The notes under the pieces are model-generated. The model saw nothing but the letters and a program-made list of their open reading frames with translations, searched no databases and was not told the DNA's origin. Of a DNA stretch of 64,000 nucleotides, positions 10,434 through 18,817 are shown piece after piece. Positions within the stretch are counted from its first letter, which is position 1, and every line of letters begins with the position of its first letter. The DNA is taken from positions 21,215 to 85,214 of the forward strand of contig QHVH01000023.1 in NCBI GenBank assembly GCA_003222245.1, in the 5' to 3' direction. Source of the DNA: Blastocatellia bacterium AA13. Its GTDB lineage: Bacteria > Acidobacteriota > Blastocatellia > UBA7656. A program made the position numbers and the translations under genes.

Positions 10434-11734
10434 GAGCCTCCGATATCATTGCCAAGAAACGCGACGGCCAGCCGCTGACCCGCGAAGAGATTCGCTTCAT
10501 TGTGCGCAGCTACACGCGAGGCGGCGTCGAAGATTATCAGATGTCGGCGCTGATGATGGCCATCTATTTTCGCGGTATGAACGCTGAAGAGACCTTCGCG
10601 CTGACCGAAGAGATGATGCGCTCGGGCGCGGTGCTGGATTTTTCGGATCTCGGTCGACCTGCCATTGATAAGCACTCCACCGGCGGCGTGGGCGATAACA
10701 CGTCTCTTGTCATCGCGCCGGTTGTCGCAAGCGCCGGAGTGCTGGTTCCAATGATCTCCGGACGCGCGCTCGCCCATTCCGGCGGAACTCTCGACAAGCT
10801 TGAATCGATACCCGGCTTCAGGACGAACCTGTCGCTCGAAGAGTTTCGCGCGACCCTGGACAAGGTCGGGACCGCCTTGATCGGCCAGACCCGCGAAATT
10901 GCTCCGGCTGATCGAAAGCTGTATGCGCTTCGCGATGTCACGGCAACCGTGGAATGCCGCCCTCTTATCACCGCCTCCGTTATGAGCAAGAAAATGGCGG
11001 AGGGCATCGACGGAGTCGTGCTCGACGTTAAGTACGGCAGCGGGGCTTTCATGAAAACCGAGTCGGAGGCTATAAAGCTCGCGGAGTTGATGCTCGATGT
11101 AGCGCGCAAAATGGATCGCCGCTGCATTGCTCTGATGACGGATATGAATCAGCCCCTCGGCCGCGCCGTCGGCAATTCTCTCGAAACCATTGAGGCGATC
11201 GAGACCTTAAAAGGCGCCGGGCCGGCGGATCTCACATTTTTGTGCCGGGAGCTCTCGGCCCACATGATCCTGATGGGCGGACGAGCAAGAGACATCGAAA
11301 GCGCCCGCGAAATCTATGATGACTCCATCTCGTCCGGAGCGGCATTGAATAAGATGCGTGAAATAATTCGCGCTCAAGAAGGAAACGAAGAGGTCGTCGA
11401 AAACTACTCGCTCTTTCCCACCGCTCAGCACAATGAGGATGTCACGGCCTCGCGACAGGGTTATCTTCAGCGAATCGATACCGAGGCCGTCGGCCGCTCG
11501 TGCATGCTGCTTGGAGCAGGGCGTACGCGCGTAGATGGTCCTATTGATCTCAGTGTCGGTCTCGAGATGCACGTGCGGCTTGGAGATCGCGTCGACCCTG
11601 GTTCGAAGCTCGCAACCATCTACTACAATGATCGCGAGCGGCTGGAGCTCGCATTGCCGATTCTCGAGACCTCCTTCACCATCGGAGATGAATCCGTCGA
11701 GCCGCCGCCGCTTATAGCCAGGATCTTGCGTTGA
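10430..11734 (+). CDS. deoA: Thymidine phosphorylase / pyrimidine-nucleoside phosphorylase
   Basis: 434 aa: IIAKKRDGQPLTREEIRFIV...DKHSTGGVGDNTSL...GRALAHSGGTLDKLESIPG. Overlaps ispF by 4 nt. Confidence 0.85.
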   Translation: MRASDIIAKKRDGQPLTREEIRFIVRSYTRGGVEDYQMSALMMAIYFRGMNAEETFALTEEMMRSGAVLDFSDLGRPAIDKHSTGGVGDNTSLVIAPVVASAGVLVPMISGRALAHSGGTLDKLESIPGFRTNLSLEEFRATLDKVGTALIGQTREIAPADRKLYALRDVTATVECRPLITASVMSKKMAEGIDGVVLDVKYGSGAFMKTESEAIKLAELMLDVARKMDRRCIALMTDMNQPLGRAVGNSLETIEAIETLKGAGPADLTFLCRELSAHMILMGGRARDIESAREIYDDSISSGAALNKMREIIRAQEGNEEVVENYSLFPTAQHNEDVTASRQGYLQRIDTEAVGRSCMLLGAGRTRVDGPIDLSVGLEMHVRLGDRVDPGSKLATIYYNDRERLELALPILETSFTIGDESVEPPPLIARILR

Positions 11735-11786
11735 AGAAAGCGCCCCACCGCGCTATAAACCTGTCGAATCCCTAAGGCGTTTTGAG

Positions 11787-12794
11787 ATGAAAAGAACCGG
11801 TATCCTTATTCTACTATGCGTCGCGATCAGCCTGCCCGCGTGTTCCAGCCTGAGGCATCACGACGAAGACGGAGGGCGCAAGCGCGTCGGCATTGTGTTC
11901 GACATAGGCGGAAAGGACGACAAATCGTTTAACGCCGCTGCGTGGGTCGGCGTGCAGCGGGCGGAAAAAGAGCTTCCGATCAAGCTGCGCAATGTCGAGC
12001 CGGGCGATCCTACCTCCATCGAGCCCTCGATGCGGGCCTTCGCCGAACGCGGCTATGATCTGATCATCGGCGTCGGCTTTGCTCAAGCTCCGATCATGGA
12101 GCAGGTGTCGCACGACTATCCCAATCTGAACTTCGTAATCATCGACGGCTTGATCGACAATCCCAATGTCGCTTCGCTGATCTTCAAAGAACACGAAGGC
12201 TCGTTTCTAGTCGGTATGATCGCGGCCAAAACAACAAAGACCGGTAAGGTCGGATTTGTTGGAGGCATGGACATCCCCCTGATTCACAAGTTCGAGACCG
12301 GCTACGCCGAGGGCGCGCGATACGCGGACCCTTCGATTCAAGTATTCGAAAATTATGTCGGCGTTACCGATGCCGCATGGAACAACCCCGGAAAGGGAAA
12401 AGAGCTTGCGAAAGCTCAAATCGAACGAGGCGCCGACGTGATCTTCCAGGCGGCCGGCAACTCCGGACTCGGCGTTTTTGATGCGGTCGAGGAGACAAAT
12501 CATCTCGCAATCGGCGTCGACTCCAATCAGAACTGGGTTAAGCCCGGATTCATTCTGACGAGCATGATCAAACGAGTCGATGTAGCCGTGTTCAACACGG
12601 TGAAAGAGCTCATCGAAGGCCGCTTCAGCGGCGGCGTGCATCTCTACGGCCTGGAAAACGAAGGCGTCGCTTATGCGCTGGACGACTATAATCGAAGCCT
12701 CATATCACAGTCCGTCATTGATGAGGTGGATCGCGCCAAGAAAGAGATTATCGAAGGCCGGATCAAAGTGACGGACGCAATGGCAGCGAAGTAG
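11787..12794 (+). CDS. BMP-family (PnrA/Med-like) ABC-transporter substrate-binding lipoprotein, probably nucleoside-binding
   Basis: Lipobox LPAC followed by SS; BMP fold motifs (VGIVFDIGGKDDKSFNAAAW...GVDSNQNW). Fits a nucleoside-salvage context next to deoA. Confidence 0.8.
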   Translation: MKRTGILILLCVAISLPACSSLRHHDEDGGRKRVGIVFDIGGKDDKSFNAAAWVGVQRAEKELPIKLRNVEPGDPTSIEPSMRAFAERGYDLIIGVGFAQAPIMEQVSHDYPNLNFVIIDGLIDNPNVASLIFKEHEGSFLVGMIAAKTTKTGKVGFVGGMDIPLIHKFETGYAEGARYADPSIQVFENYVGVTDAAWNNPGKGKELAKAQIERGADVIFQAAGNSGLGVFDAVEETNHLAIGVDSNQNWVKPGFILTSMIKRVDVAVFNTVKELIEGRFSGGVHLYGLENEGVAYALDDYNRSLISQSVIDEVDRAKKEIIEGRIKVTDAMAAK

Positions 12795-12835
12795 CGGATA
12801 GAGAAGATTCTTGACTCTCTTTATACGAACATGCG

Positions 12836-13627
12836 TCAATCTCTCTCATCCTTGAACTCCGCTGAAAAGTAACGGCTCGGCGTAGTCCCAAGAATCTTCC
12901 GAAACATCGCGATGAATGCGCTTGTGCTGGTATAGCCCGCCTCCAGAGCCGCACTGGTAACCGACTCGCCGCCGCCCAGCAGTTTTAATGCATGAATAAT
13001 GCGGAGCCGCTGGCGCCACTGATTGAAGGGCATTCCGGTCTCAGACCTGAATAGCCTCTCGAGAGTCCTTTTGCTCGCACCCACCTGCCGCGCGATCTCC
13101 GACAGAGGCGCCGGCATACTGGGATCTTCTTTCAACCATGCGGCTATTTTCCGAGCTCGTATGTCTCGAGGAATCGGCAACTGCATCGGAACCGTCTTCA
13201 CGAGTTCGAGTTGATCCAGAATCACATCGATCAATCGTGATTGCGTGGGAATCTTGCAGTCGAGAACCGCAAGGTCGGTCGCATGCAGGATAAGCTCGCG
13301 AAGCAGCGGCGGCACGTTGACCGTGCTGCAATCCCTCGGCAGCGCCTTCGACAAACCCGAAACGAAGAAAAGCGAACGCGCCGCGACGTGTCCGGACATC
13401 TCCTCTTCGTGCTCGACTCCGGACGGCACCCACACGGCGCGGTGCGGAGGCACAACCCACACGCCTTTGCCGGTATGGACCGTCATCACGCCCTGCGCGG
13501 CGTACGTGAGTTGATCCCAATCGTGCTTGTGCGGTCCGCTTTTATGACCGTTTAGAAACGTCACCCCGTAGGTGCGCACGAGCACGCTTCCATCGGGTCC
13601 GAATCGCTTTTTCTCGATGTGTCGCAT
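12836..13627 (-). CDS. AraC-family transcriptional regulator with N-terminal cupin domain
   Basis: True start is MRHIEKKRFGPDG at 13627. The track ORF extends upstream but overlaps the divergent glyoxalase gene. Cupin segment (HKHDWDQLTYAAQGVMTVHT) and C-terminal AraC HTH (LSEIARQVGASKRTLERLFR...SAFIAMFRKILGTTPSRY). Confidence 0.75.
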   Translation of the reverse strand: MRHIEKKRFGPDGSVLVRTYGVTFLNGHKSGPHKHDWDQLTYAAQGVMTVHTGKGVWVVPPHRAVWVPSGVEHEEEMSGHVAARSLFFVSGLSKALPRDCSTVNVPPLLRELILHATDLAVLDCKIPTQSRLIDVILDQLELVKTVPMQLPIPRDIRARKIAAWLKEDPSMPAPLSEIARQVGASKRTLERLFRSETGMPFNQWRQRLRIIHALKLLGGGESVTSAALEAGYTSTSAFIAMFRKILGTTPSRYFSAEFKDERD

Positions 13628-13729
13628 TCTCGATATTTGTTGGCAATATACAGCAAGACAACGCGAGCTCAAACCGTTATTCTGCTGACAGCTAAACGCA
13701 GCAAACAAATCTTGGTAAAGGGGGAAACG

Positions 13730-14110
13730 ATGGGAAATGTTGCGCATTTCGCGATCAACGCCGACGATCTGGAGCGGGCGCGTAAGTTCTACGGCAAGGT
13801 TTTTGGATGGCAGTTTGAGGCCTGGGGGCCGCCCGGCTTCTATCAGATCAAGGCTGGAGACAACCAGCGGCCCAACCCTATGGGTGCGCTTCAAGGGCGA
13901 CGGGAGCTGATTGCCGGTCAGCGAACCAATTGCTACGAATGCTCGATCGCCGTCGATTCTATAGACGATACCGTTGCGGCTGTCGAAGCTCAGGGCGGCA
14001 AGATCGTTATGCCCAAAGTCATCATCGCGGGCGTCGGTACTCTGATTTTCTTTCAAGACACGGAAGGCAATATTGCTGGAGCAATGCAGTACGACCAGAA
14101 TATCCGCTGA
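13730..14110 (+). CDS. VOC/glyoxalase-family protein
   Basis: MGNVAHFAINADDLERARKFYGKVFGWQFE...FFQDTEGNI; RBS AAGGGGGAAACG ahead of the ATG. Divergent from the AraC regulator. Confidence 0.7.
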   Translation: MGNVAHFAINADDLERARKFYGKVFGWQFEAWGPPGFYQIKAGDNQRPNPMGALQGRRELIAGQRTNCYECSIAVDSIDDTVAAVEAQGGKIVMPKVIIAGVGTLIFFQDTEGNIAGAMQYDQNIR

Positions 14111-14163
14111 CTCTTTTGCCGCCTTCTTTCTTTAGCGAATCAAATTCGAAAGGTGATCAATCG

Positions 14164-14484
14164 ATGAAAACAGTATCAGTGTGCGTGTGCTTCATAGTGC
14201 TGGCCTGCTCGATTGCGGCACGAACCGAACTAACCCAAAGACGAAACAGCCCTACCGGCGTCATGGTTGTCGTCGCGTACAAGCCGCATCAGGGTAAGGA
14301 ACAGGAGCTCCTTCAACTCACGAGGGAACACCTTCCGATTCTTCGATCTCAAGGGCTTGCGACCGACAGGCCCTCATACACAATGAGAGCCGGTGACGGA
14401 ACTATAGTCGAGGTATTCGAGTGGAAATCGAAGCAGGCGATTGAGTCCGCGCACACAAATCCCGCGGTGGCCGCGTTATGCTGA
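14164..14484 (+). CDS. Secreted ABM (antibiotic-biosynthesis-monooxygenase fold) domain protein
   Basis: Signal peptide MKTVSVCVCFIVLACSIAA; ABM-like core VMVVVAYKPHQGKEQELLQLTREH...IVEVFEWKSKQAIESAHTNP. Confidence 0.5.
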   Translation: MKTVSVCVCFIVLACSIAARTELTQRRNSPTGVMVVVAYKPHQGKEQELLQLTREHLPILRSQGLATDRPSYTMRAGDGTIVEVFEWKSKQAIESAHTNPAVAALC

Positions 14485-14734
14485 AGCATGTGAGTTCACA
14501 CCGCTGTCGAAGGTCCCGGAGTGCAGTAATCTTTTCGCGGAGTTCGAGCCGATTGACCTGACGGCTCGATAACGATCGATTCGTTTCAATTATGACAAGA
14601 GTCTGAAAGCATTGTACGGGCGGGCCTCGGCGTCCGCCCCTTTTCGCGCTTGATATTTTCTAAGAGAGCATCACCAGTACGCTGGCATAGGACTGGGACT
14701 TACCCGGATCTCTTCAAGAAGAATTATCGAGTCG

Positions 14735-14753
14735 CTCTCACATTGCGTAGCAC
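14735..14753 (+). repeat. 19-bp perfect direct repeat, copy 1 (CTCTCACATTGCGTAGCAC); left boundary of the low-GC islet
   Basis: Identical 19-mer recurs at 16862-16880, and the flanks show extra partial identity. GC content drops between the two copies. Confidence 0.8.
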
Positions 14754-14829
14754 TCTATTCCTGCGTTGCTCCTAATTTTCTAGTTTTCCTCGAAAAGGAT
14801 GCATAATCGCCGAGCCATTGGCGAACAAT

Positions 14830-14873
14830 GCAGAGACGGACTGTCCGTGGCCATGGCTCCAGTTCGTCTCTGC
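14830..14873 (+). promoter_or_regulatory. Inverted repeat in 5' leader of islet ORF: GCAGAGACG-N26-CGTCTCTGC
   Basis: Perfect 9-bp arms at 14830-14838 and 14865-14873; the spacer contains CCATGG. Lies 26 nt upstream of the ATG at 14899. Confidence 0.4.
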
Positions 14874-14898
14874 CACTCCTACCTGATACGAGGAAAGC

Positions 14899-15267
14899 AT
14901 GTCCCTTATGGGCGACGGTCGCGAGTATGCTATCTGGCTTGATCTGTTGATGCCAGCCCTTCAGGAAGAATCAGTCAAAGCCGAACAAACCGCGAGGCTC
15001 TTTCATTCTCTGCTCGTGGAGATCGAAAACAATCCACAAGGCTCGCTGCATGCTATAGAGTGTCTTGAAACCGCTCTAGCGGTGGCGTTCTCATTCACTC
15101 CGATATATCCGACAAGTCACATCCTATTTCAGGCTTCGCTTGATGAAGACCTCCTGGCTGGTCTGGATTCAACGGAGCGATTGATGGAAGCCATGAGGCG
15201 AGTGAAAGCAGAGCTGAAACGGGACTCAAGATCGCAACCAAAGACAAGTCGTAGACGAAAGGGCTAG
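14899..15267 (+). CDS. Hypothetical acidic helical protein (islet cargo)
   Basis: 122 aa with no recognisable motif; RBS GAGGAAAG upstream. Lies inside the low-GC islet and converges on the SecB-like gene. Confidence 0.4.
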   Translation: MSLMGDGREYAIWLDLLMPALQEESVKAEQTARLFHSLLVEIENNPQGSLHAIECLETALAVAFSFTPIYPTSHILFQASLDEDLLAGLDSTERLMEAMRRVKAELKRDSRSQPKTSRRRKG

Positions 15268-15303
15268 AGAAAGAAATAAGGTAGTAATTGCTCTAAAATA
15301 TTT

Positions 15304-15762
15304 TCACGCGCCTAGAGCTTTCCTTGTGGGTCTCTTCGCTATTCCCTTCTTATCTAACGGCAGGAATGTCACTAGAGGCAAAATGCTAATAGGGTACGGA
15401 CTTCGGGAGGCGAGAGTTATTATCGTCTCTCGCGCAGCCGAATATAGCACTGCCGGACCGTTGGTTTTTGCCAATAACGCAACCTTCTCCAAAGGATAGC
15501 GAGGATCTACTTCAAAGAAACCGACATATGTAACCACAAATGAGTAAGGGGGCTTTGACCGTGATGGCTGTTTAGTACGCACCGTGACCTCACAACGCCA
15601 CTTGTAGGGGTCTCTCGCATCCTGCTCAGCTTTGTGTGTTATGTCTAGGTTGACTCTCCCGGAATCAACAGATTTCTCCGGTAAATTCTCCAAAGGAGAT
15701 ATCGACTCAAACCGTGCCTCCTTTAGATAATATCCATCAAGCTGCAAAGGCGAGGGTAGCAT
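15304..15762 (-). CDS. SecB-like chaperone (putative TAC-system chaperone)
   Basis: 152 aa. Aligns along its whole length with E. coli SecB from memory: YYLKEARFESISP~YTKDISFEAPN, WRCEVTVRT~YEVVLRVTV, and VLYSAARETIITLASRSPYPISILPLVTF~[29 protein letters not shown]. Confidence 0.8.
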   Translation of the reverse strand: MLPSPLQLDGYYLKEARFESISPLENLPEKSVDSGRVNLDITHKAEQDARDPYKWRCEVTVRTKQPSRSKPPYSFVVTYVGFFEVDPRYPLEKVALLAKTNGPAVLYSAARETIITLASRSPYPISILPLVTFLPLDKKGIAKRPTRKALGA

Positions 15763-16450
15763 TATCAGCCTCCGTACCTAGCGTTAGCGGAATTTCATTT
15801 AATGAGTCAATTGCCAATGGTACCTCGTACTCAGAAAGCCCTCGGTCGAGAACTTCACAACCTTCTAGGGTCTCGCATAAGGTTTCTGTTTCAACCAGAT
15901 CGAGTATGAGTCGCTCGAACAGAACTGCAATTTCAGAACTGTGCGCCGATTTGCTAGCAATCGTGCATTTTGCGCTTGACATATTCGCAGCTCGCGTATT
16001 CACAAAAAGTACTGGGCTCGGCGGACGGCCACCTTTTTTACCGTTCTCCCTAGCTGCCAAGGTCTTTCTATCCGATATGACACGTCCGCCCTGTTGCCCT
16101 AATCGAGCCATCCATCTGCGTGTTCCAAAGATACCTTCGACCAACTCAGGAACACCGAGATCGATATCTAGGGTATTCCATCGCAATGCCGTACCATCTC
16201 CAACGACAGCGACATCAGCAATGTCTTCCGTACTAGCCCCTACCAGTCCCTCGACACAATCGACGGGAAAGATAAAAGTCTTTTCATCTTCAAGATTAAG
16301 TACTATACGCCCGGAGTCACGATCGTATTCGACGCTTCGCGCGTGCGGTTGTGTTAGCCTCGCTTTTTCCCCTCGCTTTGTAGCTTCTGCGAGCTGACGA
16401 TCAAGTTCATCCTCATCGTATTCCCATTTACCGTCTTTTAACTTAGCCAT
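15737..16450 (-). CDS. DUF2442-domain protein with ~40-aa N-terminal and ~100-aa C-terminal extensions (putative antitoxin with chaperone-addiction tail)
   Basis: Core RSVEYDRDSGRIVLNLEDEKTFIFPVDCVEGL...GTALRWNTLDIDLGVPELVEGIFG matches the DUF2442 pattern, followed by a basic KTLAARENGKKGGRPP segment and a ~100-aa tail. The ATG (16448-16450) overlaps the DUF4160 stop by 8 nt (ATGGCTAAGTAA), and the 3' end overlaps the SecB-like start by 26 nt. Confidence 0.7.
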   Translation of the reverse strand: MAKLKDGKWEYDEDELDRQLAEATKRGEKARLTQPHARSVEYDRDSGRIVLNLEDEKTFIFPVDCVEGLVGASTEDIADVAVVGDGTALRWNTLDIDLGVPELVEGIFGTRRWMARLGQQGGRVISDRKTLAARENGKKGGRPPSPVLFVNTRAANMSSAKCTIASKSAHSSEIAVLFERLILDLVETETLCETLEGCEVLDRGLSEYEVPLAIDSLNEIPLTLGTEADNATLAFAA

Positions 16451-16682
16451 GAATTTCCCTCCACTTCCTGAGCAGATAGCTCTGCTTCTGAGCAACTATC
16501 GCAAGTGCTCTTTTTGCATCTCTTGTGCTCATTTTATTCTCCCGAAAGGAAGGAGCAGTACGACTATCGCCGAGATTGATTATTACTACTCTTCCGGCCT
16601 TAAATACGTGTACGTGTGAGGGATTATGATCGTTAGAATAGATACGAAATGCAAAGCCATCTTGCCTCCATACCTCTGCCAT
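16443..16682 (-). CDS. DUF4160-domain protein (putative toxin partner of DUF2442)
   Basis: 79 aa; FRIYSNDHNPSHVHVFKAG...RALAIVAQKQSYLLRKWREIHG matches the DUF4160 signature (YxNDHxPPHxH). It is the first gene of the three-gene minus-strand operon. Confidence 0.8.
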   Translation of the reverse strand: MAEVWRQDGFAFRIYSNDHNPSHVHVFKAGRVVIINLGDSRTAPSFRENKMSTRDAKRALAIVAQKQSYLLRKWREIHG

Positions 16683-16711
16683 TCAAGGTGTCCCTTATTG
16701 ACACCAAGCCA

Positions 16712-16740
16712 ATACTAACCTAACCAGCTTGGGTTGTCTA
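16712..16740 (-). promoter_or_regulatory. Putative sigma70-type promoter of the DUF4160-DUF2442-SecB operon (TAGACA-17 nt-TAGTAT)
   Basis: Minus-strand reading: TAGACA (16740-16735), a 17-nt spacer, TAGTAT (16717-16712), then 29 nt to the ATG at 16682. Confidence 0.35.
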
Positions 16741-16861
16741 CTAGGTAATGGTATAGATCAGCGATCTGTTACTCTTTTGACTTGGCCATGCCAAAACTAT
16801 AGCACGATGGTTTTCAGGTAGGAAAAGTTTCATTCGTGACAGCAACGCAGATTAGAGCACT

Positions 16862-16880
16862 CTCTCACATTGCGTAGCAC
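16862..16880 (+). repeat. 19-bp perfect direct repeat, copy 2 (CTCTCACATTGCGTAGCAC); right boundary of the low-GC islet. Overlaps a putative -35 (TTGCGT) with TATACT 19 nt downstream
   Basis: Identical to 14735-14753. Followed by TTGCGT...TATACT and then the small zinc-ribbon ORF and hemB. Confidence 0.8.
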
Positions 16881-16912
16881 GGCGCCTTCTTTGTTATACT
16901 CGCAATCTCGAA

Positions 16913-17101
16913 ATGGCAATTTGCACCGTCTGTTTGCAGTCCGATAAGACGGCCCGGATGACCAAATGCGCCGGGTGCTTCAAGCCCATCTGCGAGGACT
17001 GCGGGCTCAGGCGGTACGGAAAATCATTTTGCAATCAGAACTGCTCTGCTGTCTTCTTCTTCGGCGCCGACCCTGACGAAGAAGAAAAGAAGCCCGCTTA
17101 G
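16913..17101 (+). CDS. Small Cys-rich zinc-ribbon protein
   Basis: 62 aa with four Cys pairs (CTVC...CAGC...CEDC...CNQNC). Ends 13 nt before hemB. Confidence 0.5.
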   Translation: MAICTVCLQSDKTARMTKCAGCFKPICEDCGLRRYGKSFCNQNCSAVFFFGADPDEEEKKPA

Positions 17102-17114
17102 AAGGATCCGTGCA

Positions 17115-18080
17115 ATGGAACTTATACAACGCCCGCGTAGACTCCGCCGCAACGAGCAGCTTCGCACGCTCGTTCGAGAAACCGCTCTCACGCCATCCAA
17201 TTTCGTCTACCCGCTATTTGTATGTGAAGGCGAAGGGGTCAAACGGGAGATCGCTTCAATGCCGGGCTGCTACAACATGTCGATCGACAACCTTGTCGAG
17301 GAGGTCGGTTTCGCGCGGAACGAAGGGATAAGCTCGGTCATCCTGTTTGGCGTTCCGGACGAAAAGGACGCGGCCGGATCGGGAGCTTACGCCGAAGACG
17401 GCATAGTCCAAAGAGCGACTCGCTCCCTGAAACGTCATTTCAACGATATTCTCGTGATCGCCGACAATTGTCTTTGCGAATACACGGATCACGGCCACTG
17501 CGGCGTGATCGACGACGGCGAGGTGCTGAACGATCCGACGCTCGATCTTCTTGCTCGAACGGCCGTCGCCCAAGCTCAGGCGGGCGCGGACATTATCGCG
17601 CCTTCGAACATGATGGATGGGTTTGTGGCGGCGATCCGTTCCGCTCTGGATCGACAGGGTTACGAAGGCGTGCCTGTGATGTCCTATGCAGTCAAGTACG
17701 CATCCGGCTTCTATGGTCCTTTTCGGGAAGCTGCTCAATCGACTCCGCGGTTTGGGGATCGTAGCGGATATCAGATGGATCCGGCCAACGTGCGTGAAGC
17801 TCTCCGCGAGGCCGCGCTCGACGTGGAGCAGGGAGCGGACATTCTAATGGTGAAGCCGGCGCTTCCCTATCTCGATATAATTCGCGCGGTCAGGGAACGG
17901 TTCGATTTACCCGTGGCTGCGTATCAGGTGTCCGGCGAGTACGCGATGATCAAGGCGGCGGGCCGAATGGGATGGATCGACGAAACGCGAGTTATGATCG
18001 AGTCGCTTACTTCAATCAAGAGGGCGGGCGCCGAGATCATACTGACCTACTTTGCGCGGGACATGGCTCGGGCGCTGTGA
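17115..18080 (+). CDS. hemB: Porphobilinogen synthase (delta-aminolevulinic acid dehydratase)
   Basis: 321 aa: [30 protein letters not shown] and the active-site region [17 protein letters not shown]. Confidence 0.9.
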   Translation: MELIQRPRRLRRNEQLRTLVRETALTPSNFVYPLFVCEGEGVKREIASMPGCYNMSIDNLVEEVGFARNEGISSVILFGVPDEKDAAGSGAYAEDGIVQRATRSLKRHFNDILVIADNCLCEYTDHGHCGVIDDGEVLNDPTLDLLARTAVAQAQAGADIIAPSNMMDGFVAAIRSALDRQGYEGVPVMSYAVKYASGFYGPFREAAQSTPRFGDRSGYQMDPANVREALREAALDVEQGADILMVKPALPYLDIIRAVRERFDLPVAAYQVSGEYAMIKAAGRMGWIDETRVMIESLTSIKRAGAEIILTYFARDMARAL

Positions 18081-18087
18081 TGATCGA

Positions 18088-18483
18088 TTACGGCGTTGCG
18101 ACCTTGGGCGAATTCAGCATTCCTTCAACTTTTTCCGTCAATTTCTTTGGATCGATCGGCTTCGTAATGAAGCCGTTGCATCCGATTGTTTCGGCCAGCT
18201 TTCGCAGCGTGGGCCGATCCTGATTGATGAGCAGCAGGATCGGAGCGAGTGACGCGCCCGCCTCGCGAATCTGTTTCGCTATCGCGACTCCGTCCGTAGC
18301 GGAGACCGTGTGATTCAGCAGTATCAAATCCGGGTCCTTCTCGGATATGAGCTGGAGCGCTTCCTCGCCCTCGATGGCGAACAGAAGCTCATACGAGTCG
18401 CCGAGCACGGTCTCAAACAATTTCCGTGATCGAGCGCTATCGAGGATGAGCAGTCGGGGCCTGCTTCCGTTACTCCTGGCCAT
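18088..18483 (-). CDS. Stand-alone response regulator receiver protein (CheY-like)
   Basis: 131 aa: LLILDSARS...DPDLILLNHTVSATDGVAIAKQIR...GFITKP. Confidence 0.75.
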   Translation of the reverse strand: MARSNGSRPRLLILDSARSRKLFETVLGDSYELLFAIEGEEALQLISEKDPDLILLNHTVSATDGVAIAKQIREAGASLAPILLLINQDRPTLRKLAETIGCNGFITKPIDPKKLTEKVEGMLNSPKVATP

Positions 18484-18817
18484 CGTTGAATTCCTTATTT
18501 AATTCTTATTTTGCCTCTGGGGTGCAGGACGGCCACACAATCCTAGCATCAAAGATTCCTTTGTCAACTACGCTCCGACGAAGCCCATCAGACGGCTGAG
18601 ACAATTCCCTTTTGGTCGCGCTATCGACGCAGCTCCGAACGATTCTTACCGATGCCTCGCATAGTCCAGCTACTTGCCGTTCGGTCGCTCGACTGGAATT
18701 CACATCAGGGCTAAGACAACCCCGAACACATCGGACGCTTGAAAAATTTTCTTCGAGTGCGGTTGATTGACCGCGCTGTAAGCCAAACCTATAATGCGCT
18801 GAACTCCTCTTAAAAAG

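Noticed and set aside
13041-13520. 159-aa minus-strand Arg-rich ORF and neighbouring small ORFs
   Set aside because: They are out-of-frame overlaps within the AraC regulator gene.
15714-16397. 227-aa plus-strand ORF across the islet
   Set aside because: It is completely antisense to the DUF2442 and SecB-like genes, Ser/Arg-rich and low-complexity. The minus-strand genes have family matches and operon-style overlaps.
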